Shown here one piece after another: positions 1 through 10,549 of a DNA stretch of 64,000 nucleotides (positions are counted from its first letter, which is position 1; each line of letters starts with the position of its first letter). The notes under the pieces were generated by a model. It searched no databases. It saw nothing but the letters and a program-made list of their open reading frames with translations, and was not told the origin of the DNA. Source of the DNA: an uncultured beta proteobacterium (lineage in GTDB: Bacteria; Pseudomonadota; Gammaproteobacteria; Burkholderiales; Thiobacillaceae); assembly GCA_963782495.1 (NCBI GenBank), contig CAWAJU010000005.1:204260-268259 (forward strand), written 5' to 3'. Made by a program: the position numbers and the translations under genes.

Positions 1-66
1 GCGACAGTGTTGCGGTGCGCGCGATCGCGCTACAACCGTTCAATTTCGTTCTGGAGGGAAAATAAG

Positions 67-798
67 ATGGACACAACAATAGGCTTCTCCCACTTCATCA
101 CCCAGGCCGATGCACTCGGCAAGACGGTGCTGTTTCTCCTGCTGGGGCTTTCCCTGGCAAGTTGGTATCTGATTCTCACCAAGGCCATCGCCAATGTGCT
201 GGCCAAGCGGCGCGCGGAGAAATTTCTCGATCAGTTCTGGGCAGCAGACTCGCTACAGCAGATTCGCCACGCGCTGCTGCAACAGCCGCGCGACCACGCC
301 TTCGCCCAACTGGCTCATGACGCGCTGGAAGCGGCCAGCGACAGCGAGAAACACGGCATGCAAAAACTGGCCGCAGCCGGGGGCCTGGGCGAGTTTCTTA
401 CCCGGCTGCTGCGCAACGGCATAGACCAGGAATCGATGCGGGTGGAACATGGACTGACCATCATGGCTTCCGCGGGTTCAGCCGCGCCTTACATTGGCTT
501 ATTCGGCACGGTCTGGGGGATTTATCACGCGTTGGTCAATATTGGCCTGTCCGGCCAGGGCACCCTGGACAAGGTGTCCGGCCCGGTGGGCGAGGCGTTG
601 ATCATGACGGCCCTGGGCCTGGCGGTGGCGATCCCCGCGGTACTGGCCTACAACGCCTTCAACCGGCGCAACCGGGTATGGCTGGCCAAGCTCGATGCCT
701 TCGCGCATGATCTCTACGCCATCATCACGGTGGGCGAAAAGTCCAACAGTTCAGCTGGCGGCGAAGTGCGCTCGCTGCAAGTTGCAAGAAAGGGCTAA
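67..798 (+). CDS. exbB: MotA/TolQ/ExbB-family proton channel (ExbB-like)
   Basis: ORF 7..798. Start moved to ATG 67, which is preceded by GGAGGGA. Hydrophobic helices and the family-typical C-terminal block GPVGEALIMTALGLAVAIPAVLAYN. An exbD-like gene follows 4 nt later, then a TonB-dependent receptor. Confidence 0.85.
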   Translation: MDTTIGFSHFITQADALGKTVLFLLLGLSLASWYLILTKAIANVLAKRRAEKFLDQFWAADSLQQIRHALLQQPRDHAFAQLAHDALEAASDSEKHGMQKLAAAGGLGEFLTRLLRNGIDQESMRVEHGLTIMASAGSAAPYIGLFGTVWGIYHALVNIGLSGQGTLDKVSGPVGEALIMTALGLAVAIPAVLAYNAFNRRNRVWLAKLDAFAHDLYAIITVGEKSNSSAGGEVRSLQVARKG

Positions 799-801
799 GT
801 C

Positions 802-1224
802 ATGGCGATGGGAAGCTTCGAACAACGCCGCCATCAGGGACCGATGGCGGACATCAACGTGGTGCCGCTGGTGGATGTAATGCTCGTGCTGCTGGTGATC
901 TTCATCATCACTGCGCCACTGTTGACCAATGCGGTCAAGATCGACCTGCCCAAGGCCAGCAGTTCGCCGAATATCACCAAGCCTGAACACATTGAGTTCG
1001 GCATTCGTGAAAACGGCGACCTATTCTGGAATGGCGAGCAGGTGACGATGGCGCAACTCGGCCCGCGCTTTGCGGCTACAGCGAAGCAGCAGCCACAGCC
1101 CGAACTGCATATCCGCGCCGACCGGCATGCGGAATACGAGCCCATCGCAAAAGTGATGTCGCTTGCTGCAAAGGCCGGACTGACACGTATCGGGTTTGTG
1201 ACCGATCCATCAATGCAACCGTAG
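802..1224 (+). CDS. exbD: ExbD/TolR-family biopolymer transport protein
   Basis: 140 aa. N-terminal motif INVVPLVDVMLVLLVIFIIT is typical of ExbD/TolR. Adjacent to exbB. Confidence 0.85.
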   Translation: MAMGSFEQRRHQGPMADINVVPLVDVMLVLLVIFIITAPLLTNAVKIDLPKASSSPNITKPEHIEFGIRENGDLFWNGEQVTMAQLGPRFAATAKQQPQPELHIRADRHAEYEPIAKVMSLAAKAGLTRIGFVTDPSMQP

Positions 1225-1346
1225 AAGAATGATCAACTTCTTGTCGCATCAAGCTTGAAGCGACAATTTGTCACACTCCCATATTTTCCCAAGTCAATAC
1301 AATCCTCCCTTGAACAATCAAAAATTAGATTTCGGGGAGAACAACA

Positions 1347-3440
1347 ATGCGCAAAACGATACTTGCCACGGCGTTGGCAACACTCACATTTTCTGTTTAC
1401 GCCGCCGAAACATCCGTACTGCCAGCAATCATGGTGAGCGCACCCGCTGAAAACGGCGAACTGGAATCCGCCAAATCCACAGCGGCAAGTGCTGCGGAGC
1501 TGTTTTCCAATTCCGGCGTGGTTTTCTCCAGCGGTGGCGGCATTTCCGCGTTGCCTTCGCTGAACGGCCTTGGCGATGACCGCATCCGTATCCGCGTCGA
1601 TGGCCGGGAAGTCACTTCGGCATGTGGCAATCATATGAACCCGCCGCTTTCTTATGTCGATCCCCAACAGGTCAACAAGATTGATGTTGTCGCCGGCGTC
1701 ACGCCAGTCAGCATGGGCGGCGACAGCATTGCCGGCACGATAAGCGTGAACACGAACGAACCTGTGTTTGCCAAGACACCGGGAGAACTGCATAAGGAAG
1801 GCAACCTGTCGCTGGCTGCACACAGCATTGACCACGGTTACTCCGCTGCAATTGGCGGATCGGTTTCCAGTGACCGCCTGAGCCTGGTCTATGACGCATC
1901 CTGGCGCGCCGCCGACAGCTACAAGGACGGCAACGGCGACAAGGTTCTGGACACCTTGTACAAGGCACGCAACCAGTCACTTACGCTGGGCGCACAGGGC
2001 GACGGCAATCGCCTTGTCTTCCGTGTCGGCGAACAACGGGTTCCTTATCAAGGCTTCCCCAATCAGTTCATGGACATGGTCGATAATCACGGTGTGTTTG
2101 CCAATCTGGCTTATACGGGCGACTTTGCCTGGGGCATACTGGACACACGGCTTTACTGGCAGGACACCAAGCACGAGATGGGCTTCTTTACACCTGAGAA
2201 GCCCGGCATGATGCCGATGAACACGCATGGTGTTGATGTTGGCTACGACATCAAGGCTGACATCCCCCTTTCGGAAACGCATCTGCTGCGCGTTGGTAAC
2301 GAATACCATCGCCTCCGGCTCGATGACTGGTGGCCACCCGTGCCTTCATCGATGATGATGGGTCCGAACACGTTCCGGAACATCAACAACGGCCAGCGCG
2401 ATCGTTTTGCTCTCTATGGCGAGATGGAATCGCGCTGGGACGAAAAATGGACGACGAATGTCGGCCTGCGCCAGGAGTTTGTACGCATGGATACGGGTAC
2501 GGTGCAGCCCTACAACCCCATGGCCAGCATGATGAACGTCGACCCCAACTATGCGGCTGCATTCAATGCACGCGACCGTTCAAAGAGCGACAACAACCTC
2601 GATCTGACTGTCCTGGCGCGTTATACGCCGCAAGTTACCGATACCTATGAGTTCGGCTTTGCGCGCAAAAGCCGTTCGCCCAGCCTGTATGAGCGTTATA
2701 CGTGGGGACGCAACACCATGGACATGACGATGATAGGCTGGTTTGGCGATGCGAATGGTTATGTCGGCGACCCCGATCTGAAGCCGGAGATTGCCAATAC
2801 CATCAACGCGTCGGTCACCTGGAAATCCACCGATGCCAAAGCCTGGGAAGTCAAACTGGCGCCGCATTTTAGCTATGTCCAGGATTACATCGACGCCGAT
2901 GTGATCGGCACCTATCACCCCTACAACATCGCCAGCGTTACCCGTGCCTTGCTGCGTTTTGCCAATCACGACGCACGGCTTTGGGGAATCGATTTGAGCG
3001 GAAACATGCGTATGTGGAACAACGCTCAGTACGGTCATGGACAGATCAAGGGCAGCCTCGCCTTTACCAAAGGCGAACGTACCGATGGCGGCGTCCTGTA
3101 TCACATCATGCCGCTCAACGCGTCAGTCAGCATCGAACAGATGGCCAATGCCTGGACCAACTCGCTGGAGTTGCAACTGATCGACAAGAAAACAAATGTG
3201 GATACACAGCGTTACGAACCCGAAACCGATGGCTATGCACTGGTCAACCTCAGCACCCGTTACCAGTTTAACGACAAGGCCAACATCACCTTTGGCATAC
3301 GCAATCTGTTCGACAAGCAATACGACCTGCCTCTTGGCGGCGTGAGCATTGCCGATCTGAAATCGACCATGAGCGGACCTCTGGCTTCTGTGACAGGGCC
3401 GGGTCGTTCCTTTGAAGCTGGATTGAACATCAAGTTCTGA
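1347..3440 (+). CDS. TonB-dependent outer-membrane receptor
   Basis: 697 aa. Signal peptide (MRKTILATALATLTFSVYA), plug-domain-like N-terminus, and a C-terminal beta-barrel ending in F (GLNIKF), typical of TBDRs. GGAGA lies upstream of the ATG. Confidence 0.9.
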   Translation: MRKTILATALATLTFSVYAAETSVLPAIMVSAPAENGELESAKSTAASAAELFSNSGVVFSSGGGISALPSLNGLGDDRIRIRVDGREVTSACGNHMNPPLSYVDPQQVNKIDVVAGVTPVSMGGDSIAGTISVNTNEPVFAKTPGELHKEGNLSLAAHSIDHGYSAAIGGSVSSDRLSLVYDASWRAADSYKDGNGDKVLDTLYKARNQSLTLGAQGDGNRLVFRVGEQRVPYQGFPNQFMDMVDNHGVFANLAYTGDFAWGILDTRLYWQDTKHEMGFFTPEKPGMMPMNTHGVDVGYDIKADIPLSETHLLRVGNEYHRLRLDDWWPPVPSSMMMGPNTFRNINNGQRDRFALYGEMESRWDEKWTTNVGLRQEFVRMDTGTVQPYNPMASMMNVDPNYAAAFNARDRSKSDNNLDLTVLARYTPQVTDTYEFGFARKSRSPSLYERYTWGRNTMDMTMIGWFGDANGYVGDPDLKPEIANTINASVTWKSTDAKAWEVKLAPHFSYVQDYIDADVIGTYHPYNIASVTRALLRFANHDARLWGIDLSGNMRMWNNAQYGHGQIKGSLAFTKGERTDGGVLYHIMPLNASVSIEQMANAWTNSLELQLIDKKTNVDTQRYEPETDGYALVNLSTRYQFNDKANITFGIRNLFDKQYDLPLGGVSIADLKSTMSGPLASVTGPGRSFEAGLNIKF

Positions 3441-3450
3441 CTTGATCTGC

Positions 3451-3478
3451 CTTCCCCATGCAATGCGGGGAAGAGTTT
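3451..3478. terminator. Hairpin between convergent TBDR and uppP genes (possible bidirectional terminator)
   Basis: CTTCCCC-ATGCAATGC-GGGGAAG stem-loop followed by AGTTTTG. Lies between two convergent stop codons. Confidence 0.4.
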
Positions 3479-3489
3479 TGCTTAACAGC

Positions 3490-4314
3490 CTAGCTGCTCG
3501 ACCAGTTCACCACATGGGTATAGGCAGTCAGCAGGATCAGGCCGCCGAACACAATGCGATACCAGGCAAACACGGTGAAGTCATGGCTGCTGATATAGCG
3601 GATCAGGGCTTTCACTGAAAACGCGGCGCTGATGAAGGCGGCGACAAAGCCCACGGCCAGCACGCCCAGTTCGTGCATGTCGAGCAGGTCGCGGGCCTTG
3701 TAGAGTTCATAAAATGAGGCCGCGCCCAGAGTCGGCACCGCGAGGAAAAAGGAAAACTCGGTTGCCGCCTTGCGCGACAAGCCAAAGAACAAGCCGCCGA
3801 TAATGGTCGCGCCTGAGCGTGAGGTTCCGGGAATCAAGGCGAGCGCCTGGGCAAAACCAAGCTTGATCGCATCGATGGGACTCACGGCTTCCACCGTTTC
3901 CACCCGAATCACATGGCGACGTTTCTCTGCCCAAAGTATGAACAGGCCACCGACTATGAACGCCATCGCAACCGGCACCGGTGAAAACAGGGCCGCCTTG
4001 ATCTGCTTGCCGTAAAGCAGTCCGATAGCGGCCAAGGGTATGAACGCAATGGCCAGATTGAGCCAGAAGCGGTTGGCGACGCCGTCGCGCCCCAAGCCCC
4101 TGATTGCCCACCCCAGGCGCGACCGATAATCCCACACAACCGCGAGGATCGCGCCCATCTGGATGACGATCTCGAACACCTTGCCTTTTTCGTCGTTGAA
4201 ATGCAGCAGGTCGCCAACCAGGATCAAATGGCCGGTGCTCGAAACCGGCAGGAACTCGGTCAAGCCTTCGACGATCCCCAGGATCAGGGCCTTGAGAAAG
4301 ATTGCGATATCCAT
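3490..4314 (-). CDS. uppP: Undecaprenyl-diphosphate phosphatase
   Basis: ORF 3490..4350. Start moved to MDIAIFLKALILGIVEGLTEFLPVSSTGHL (canonical UppP/BacA N-terminus). The extra 12 codons of the ORF overlap an upstream terminator hairpin. Confidence 0.9.
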   Translation of the reverse strand: MDIAIFLKALILGIVEGLTEFLPVSSTGHLILVGDLLHFNDEKGKVFEIVIQMGAILAVVWDYRSRLGWAIRGLGRDGVANRFWLNLAIAFIPLAAIGLLYGKQIKAALFSPVPVAMAFIVGGLFILWAEKRRHVIRVETVEAVSPIDAIKLGFAQALALIPGTSRSGATIIGGLFFGLSRKAATEFSFFLAVPTLGAASFYELYKARDLLDMHELGVLAVGFVAAFISAAFSVKALIRYISSHDFTVFAWYRIVFGGLILLTAYTHVVNWSSS

Positions 4315-4332
4315 GAGCGTCAGAGTCCGGAT

Positions 4333-4359
4333 AAAAAAACCGCGCGGCATTCCGCGCGG
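4333..4359 (-). terminator. Rho-independent terminator of the 4400..4777 gene
   Basis: Minus strand reads CCGCGCGG-AATG-CCGCGCGG followed by TTTTTTT. Confidence 0.55.
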
Positions 4360-4399
4360 CGGGTTGTTCAGGCGCCCATCTTAACCCGGATCGACGAAA

Positions 4400-4777
4400 T
4401 CAGGTCCGGTAGTCAGGCTTATCCAGGGAATCATCCGGCGGCGCGGCGGGTGGCTCAGGCGGAGGCAATGAGTCCTTCATCTCCTGTTTGATCAACTCCA
4501 GCATCTGGTCGAGGGTCACGGCACCTTCCTTACGAAAAGACTCGGCCAGCTCGCGCGCTCGTTCAGACAATTGCGGAGGCGGCGCGGGGGGTGCCTTGCC
4601 CTGCATGCCGGCCTTTACGGAATCACGCAGATAGTTAAAGAACAGGTCAACGTCAGCCGGTTTCACCAGCGCGCGAAGGCGTTCCAGATCCACGGGCGGG
4701 GGAGGGTCCGCCGCCTTGACCGGCCCCGATAGGGCGCCGGCCGCAGCCAGCACCGCAAAGGCATATTGCAATTTCAT
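4400..4777 (-). CDS. Hypothetical secreted proline-rich protein
   Basis: Start chosen at MKLQYAFAVLAAAGALSGPVKA (signal-peptide-like), preceded by GGAGAG. PPPP/PPAPPP tracts. No family recognised. Confidence 0.6.
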   Translation of the reverse strand: MKLQYAFAVLAAAGALSGPVKAADPPPPVDLERLRALVKPADVDLFFNYLRDSVKAGMQGKAPPAPPPQLSERARELAESFRKEGAVTLDQMLELIKQEMKDSLPPPEPPAAPPDDSLDKPDYRT

Positions 4778-4939
4778 GGCGATCTCTCCGTGAGGTTCAG
4801 GCAATCACGCTCAGGCTGCAAAAACGGCGGAATGGTTCCTCAAGCTTCTTGATAGTCCTTTCCGACGGGCTTTGCCAGTTCGACTGGCAATTCAAGCCAG
4901 CGGCCATCGCTCATTGCTATCTTATGCTAAACCCACAAG

Positions 4940-5003
4940 GCGCAACTTCACAAACTCGACCGCCTTCCTCGCCCAACTTTCATTCCTATTGTCGGACCTG
5001 CCA
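4940..5003 (-). repeat. Decayed copy of the thiC 3'-end segment (copy C)
   Basis: CTTCACAAACTCGACCGCCTTCCTC (4946-4970) matches thiC 7426-7452 (CTTCACAAACTCGACCGACTTCACTTCC). GTCGGACCTGCC matches ATCGGACAGGCC further along. It shares the CTTCCTC 2-nt-shorter variant with copy A. Confidence 0.5.
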
Positions 5004-5052
5004 CCGTCTCCAAGGTCACGGAACTAAACTTCCGCAAGAGCGCCTATATGGC

Positions 5053-5535
5053 ATGTTCGGAAAACTTCAAAACAAGCTGCACGACTTTGTCGAAAGCTTC
5101 GCGCCCAGTCCCGAGACCCGCATGCGTCAGGAAATGGCGGCCCTCCAGCAAGCCTGTTGCCAGTTGTTGATGGAGGCGGCGCGACTCAGCGAGGCAAACA
5201 CCCAGCAGAAACGCGCCGTTGTCGCGCAGGTGATGCGGGAGCAGTTCACCATCCAGGAGGCCGATCTCACCGCGATGATGGACACCGCCGGCCGCCCGGA
5301 AAACCGGCTTACCTCCTACTACGACCAGGTGACGCAGATCAACAAGGGCTTCGGCCCCGCGCGCAAGGCGCGTTTCATCGAACAGCTCTGGCGCGTCGCC
5401 ATGGCGGACGGCAACATCGACATGTACGAGGACCAGCTGGTGCGCACGCTGGCCGAGCTGTTGTACGTCCCGCACACCGATTTCATCCTCGCCAAGAATC
5501 GGGTGCAGGCAGGCGTCGCCCCGCAGATGAATTGA
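5053..5535 (+). CDS. TerB-family (tellurite-resistance TerB-like) protein
   Basis: ORF 4849..5535 trimmed to MFGKLQNKL. About 160 aa, with the TerB-like C-terminal block FIEQLWRVAMADGNIDMYEDQLVRTLAELLYV. Confidence 0.7.
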   Translation: MFGKLQNKLHDFVESFAPSPETRMRQEMAALQQACCQLLMEAARLSEANTQQKRAVVAQVMREQFTIQEADLTAMMDTAGRPENRLTSYYDQVTQINKGFGPARKARFIEQLWRVAMADGNIDMYEDQLVRTLAELLYVPHTDFILAKNRVQAGVAPQMN

Positions 5536-5580
5536 CTTGCATCTGCTGACCGAATATTTGAGCTTTCTCAAACCTTCCGA

Positions 5581-5695
5581 TACACCTCGGCCCCCTGCTT
5601 CACAAACTCCACCGACTTCCTCCATGCCTTTCTGCAGCGCCTCTTCATCAGACAGGCCTTACTGGTCAGCGTAGTCGCGCACGTCCTGGGTAATA
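5581..5695 (-). pseudogene. thiC 3'-end remnant (copy A)
   Basis: About 85% identical by eye over about 115 nt to thiC 7408-7522. Translated in the thiC frame it gives [24 protein letters not shown], followed by a 2-nt deletion. It therefore carries both an in-frame stop and a frameshift. Confidence 0.75.
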
Positions 5696-5815
5696 TTTCA
5701 AACAACTCGAGCCCAGCTCCTTGAATTGTCAGGGCATGTCCCTATTGCGGATCGACAACCTGGTCATCCGGGATAATCTATCGGCTGATACCGCATGCTT
5801 GCCTGTGCATGGAGT

Positions 5816-7117
5816 TCAGCGTTTCATCAGATAGACCAGCCTGACGTGCGGCGGCAGGACTGCCGTTTCGGCCACGGTGATGCCGTGGACATGCTTTTTA
5901 GAGGCATAGTCGAACTCGCCGGCCGGCCATGATCCATATCTGCTCTTGTCCGTGGTATTCGGCCCGCCGCACGAAGCGCCATGGGCGTGTTTATCCTGGC
6001 CGGCCCTTACACCGACCTGTGCCAGGTCGGCGGTCCCCATCAGAAACCGGTCGCGCAGGTCCGGGGTGCCTTCTTCGCCATTGCAGATTGTCCAGCCTTC
6101 GGGCGCGATGAGGTGACGACCGCCGGTTTCGTCGAGATGGATTGCGCGCTCGGTGGGATGCCAAGCGATGATGGTTCCAGCCGGCACGCCGTAGGAGCCT
6201 TCCGGCAACGGTGGTGCCTCGTGCTGGGCCAGCAACGCCCGCGACCTGGCGAACTCGGGAGGCAGCAGATTCCAGTAGCTCCGCGCCGTCGCAGAGATGG
6301 GCGCACCAAGCATTTTCAACTCGCCGCTACGCAACAGCGCCAGTGTTTCGATAATGTCCTCCAGTCGGGTGAGCACGGCAGCGCCGGTATAAGGCTCGCC
6401 GTTGCGCCGGAAGCCGCCCGAGGTGGCCACGAATATCAGTTCCACGCTGCTGTCGGTCAAGGCAGTTTTTGCTGTCTGGTCGATCTTTCCGTCGGCACTG
6501 CCGCTGAGAAATGTGGCCCGGAACGCGGCCCTGACCTTGGTCGTCTGCTCCTGGCTCGAACCCATCACCCGTCCGCGTATTGCAAGCCGGCAGCCGTATT
6601 TGATCGCGCTCACATAGTGGGACCCGTAATCCAACAGGAACTGACGCTCGAACGAGTCCGGGCTTAATTCGCCGTCTTCGCCCCGAGGACGTCTTTCCGG
6701 GTCCCAGATCAGGCGTTCATGTCCGAGTATTTCCGTGATATCGCTGGTCCTGCCCTTGGAATCCTGCAAAGCGTAGATCGAATGCGAGTTGCTGCGCTCC
6801 TCCACCGCCTTATCCAAAGCTGCCGAGGCGCTCACAAAACCATAACTGCCCTGGAGATAGGCGGCCAGGAAGTGCGCCTCCTCGCGCGTGGAACTGGCCT
6901 CTTTCAGCTCGAAATGCTCATCTACCGTGAATTCCGATACTTCCTCCATGCCCCTCATCAATCTCGGAATTCTTAACGGGCAATCGCCTGCTCGGCGCTT
7001 CGGCGCCCCGGGATCAGACATGTCCAGCCCGTCTCCCAACCTGAGCAAGCCTTCATTGATAAAGCCCGGATTCACCTGGTATTCATCGCGGCCAATATTC
7101 GGGTTTGTGGCTGACAT
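5816..7117 (-). CDS. MACPF-like pore-forming domain protein with C-terminal phage tail-collar-like domain
   Basis: ORF 5816..7204. Start preferred at ATG 7117 (GGAGGA 4-5 nt upstream); ATG 7129 is the alternative. YGSHYVSAIKYGCRL fits the MACPF signature (Y/W)G(T/S)H(F/Y)x6G(G). The C-terminus (PEGWTICNGEEGTPDLRDRFLMG ... PPHVRLVYLMKR) resembles tail-collar/MdpB-type domains. Confidence 0.7.
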   Translation of the reverse strand: MSATNPNIGRDEYQVNPGFINEGLLRLGDGLDMSDPGAPKRRAGDCPLRIPRLMRGMEEVSEFTVDEHFELKEASSTREEAHFLAAYLQGSYGFVSASAALDKAVEERSNSHSIYALQDSKGRTSDITEILGHERLIWDPERRPRGEDGELSPDSFERQFLLDYGSHYVSAIKYGCRLAIRGRVMGSSQEQTTKVRAAFRATFLSGSADGKIDQTAKTALTDSSVELIFVATSGGFRRNGEPYTGAAVLTRLEDIIETLALLRSGELKMLGAPISATARSYWNLLPPEFARSRALLAQHEAPPLPEGSYGVPAGTIIAWHPTERAIHLDETGGRHLIAPEGWTICNGEEGTPDLRDRFLMGTADLAQVGVRAGQDKHAHGASCGGPNTTDKSRYGSWPAGEFDYASKKHVHGITVAETAVLPPHVRLVYLMKR

Positions 7118-7394
7118 GTCGTCCTCCATTTGTAAGTTGAGTCCAAGTGAACGGAATCTGCCAGGCGCCGCAGCTCGTTTTGCGCATGAATCGATATTCG
7201 GCAAATATCGACAATAATCCGTATAGCACGCGCTATTTTCCGGCCTCGCAGTGCGACTTCACCGTCTGGCTCGCCATCCCCCTCTACAGGTCCCACTTTC
7301 GCTGATGTCCTGCTTGGCAGCGAGGTCTCGCACTCCCCGGGCAGGCCCAATTTTACTTGGCGGCAACTGTGCCTCGATTGTTGTCGTGGGTACC

Positions 7395-9452
<2,058 letters not shown>

Positions 9453-9537
9453 GAAAGTAGCGGAAATATGGAATAATTGCAAGATAAGACCCTACTTAAC
9501 TGATTGAATTTTCGAAATTTAAGCGGAGCTGGAACTG

Positions 9538-10191
9538 ATGGATATTGAGCAGGTGCGCTACAAGATGGTCGAACAGCAAATCCGTCCCTGGGAGGTATTG
9601 GATCCGGATGTGCTGGAACTTCTCATCAAGATCAAACGGGAAGAATTCGTCCCCGGACCCTACCGCTCCCTGGCCTTCGTGGATATGGAAATCCCGCTTG
9701 GCCACGGTGAACAGATGTGGTCACCCAAGCTCGAAGCCCGCGCCCTGCAGGAGTTGCAACTGAAAAAACCCGACAAGGTGCTGGAAGTAGGCACTGGCAG
9801 TGGCTATCTCACCGCCTTGCTCGCCTCGCTCGCGGCCCATGTGCGCTCGGTGGATTGCATCGGCGAATTCGTCGCCGATGCAAGCAAAAAACTCGCGGCC
9901 CATGGCTTTGGGAATGTCACTCTTGAAACGGGCGACGGCGCCAGCGGCTGGCCTGCACATGGCCCTTATGACGCCATCGTCATGACTGGTTCGTTGCCCT
10001 TGCTGCCGGACGCACTGCCCAAGCAACTGGCCCCGGGCGGACGGCTGTTCGTGATCCTGGGCGAAGGGCCGATCATGCAGGCTACCCTGTTCACTTGCGT
10101 TGCGCCGGGTTCCTACCGCCGTACGGTGCTGTTCGAAACCCTGGTCAAGTCACTGGCACATGCGGCCCAACCGGAACGTTTCGTCTTCTAG
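9538..10191 (+). CDS. Protein-L-isoaspartate O-methyltransferase family protein
   Basis: 217 aa. SAM-binding motif VLEVGTGSGYLTALLA and overall COG2518-like sequence. Confidence 0.8.
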   Translation: MDIEQVRYKMVEQQIRPWEVLDPDVLELLIKIKREEFVPGPYRSLAFVDMEIPLGHGEQMWSPKLEARALQELQLKKPDKVLEVGTGSGYLTALLASLAAHVRSVDCIGEFVADASKKLAAHGFGNVTLETGDGASGWPAHGPYDAIVMTGSLPLLPDALPKQLAPGGRLFVILGEGPIMQATLFTCVAPGSYRRTVLFETLVKSLAHAAQPERFVF

Positions 10192-10222
10192 GCAAAACGT
10201 GGCGAGAGAAGGATAGCGTCCA

Positions 10223-10540
10223 GTGCGCAACATCAGCGTTGCCGAGCTTGAGACCATGTTGAAAGAGGGGAAGGCGCCTGCGGTGCTGGATGTTCGGGAA
10301 GAATGGGAAACGCGGCTGGCGCCCTTTGCCGGGGCGACCTGGATACCCATGGGCCAGATTCCGGCGCGTCTGCAGGAATTAAATAAGACCCGGGAAACTG
10401 TCGTTATCTGTCACCATGGCATCCGCTCCTGGCGGGTCGCCAAGTTTCTGGAGAGCGAGGGGTTCGAAAATGTCATCAACCTGGCCGGCGGAATCGATGC
10501 CTGGTCCAAGGAGATCGACTCTTCCATCCCCCTCTATTGA
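10223..10540 (+). CDS. Rhodanese-like domain protein
   Basis: 105 aa with a GTG start. Active-site loop CHHGIRS is typical of single-domain sulfurtransferases. Confidence 0.85.
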   Translation: MRNISVAELETMLKEGKAPAVLDVREEWETRLAPFAGATWIPMGQIPARLQELNKTRETVVICHHGIRSWRVAKFLESEGFENVINLAGGIDAWSKEIDSSIPLY

Positions 10541-10549
10541 GATAACAAC

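Noticed and set aside
1225-1346. Possible Fur box, riboswitch or terminator in the exbD-to-TBDR spacer, including the hairpin TTGTCGC-N12-GCGACAA
   Set aside because: There is no convincing match to the Fur consensus or to any riboswitch core I recognise. The hairpin lacks a proper U-run.
5044-5625. 193-aa ORF antisense to the TerB-like gene
   Set aside because: Its first about 15 codons are simply the frameshifted thiC remnant. The rest is antisense to a recognisable TerB-family gene.
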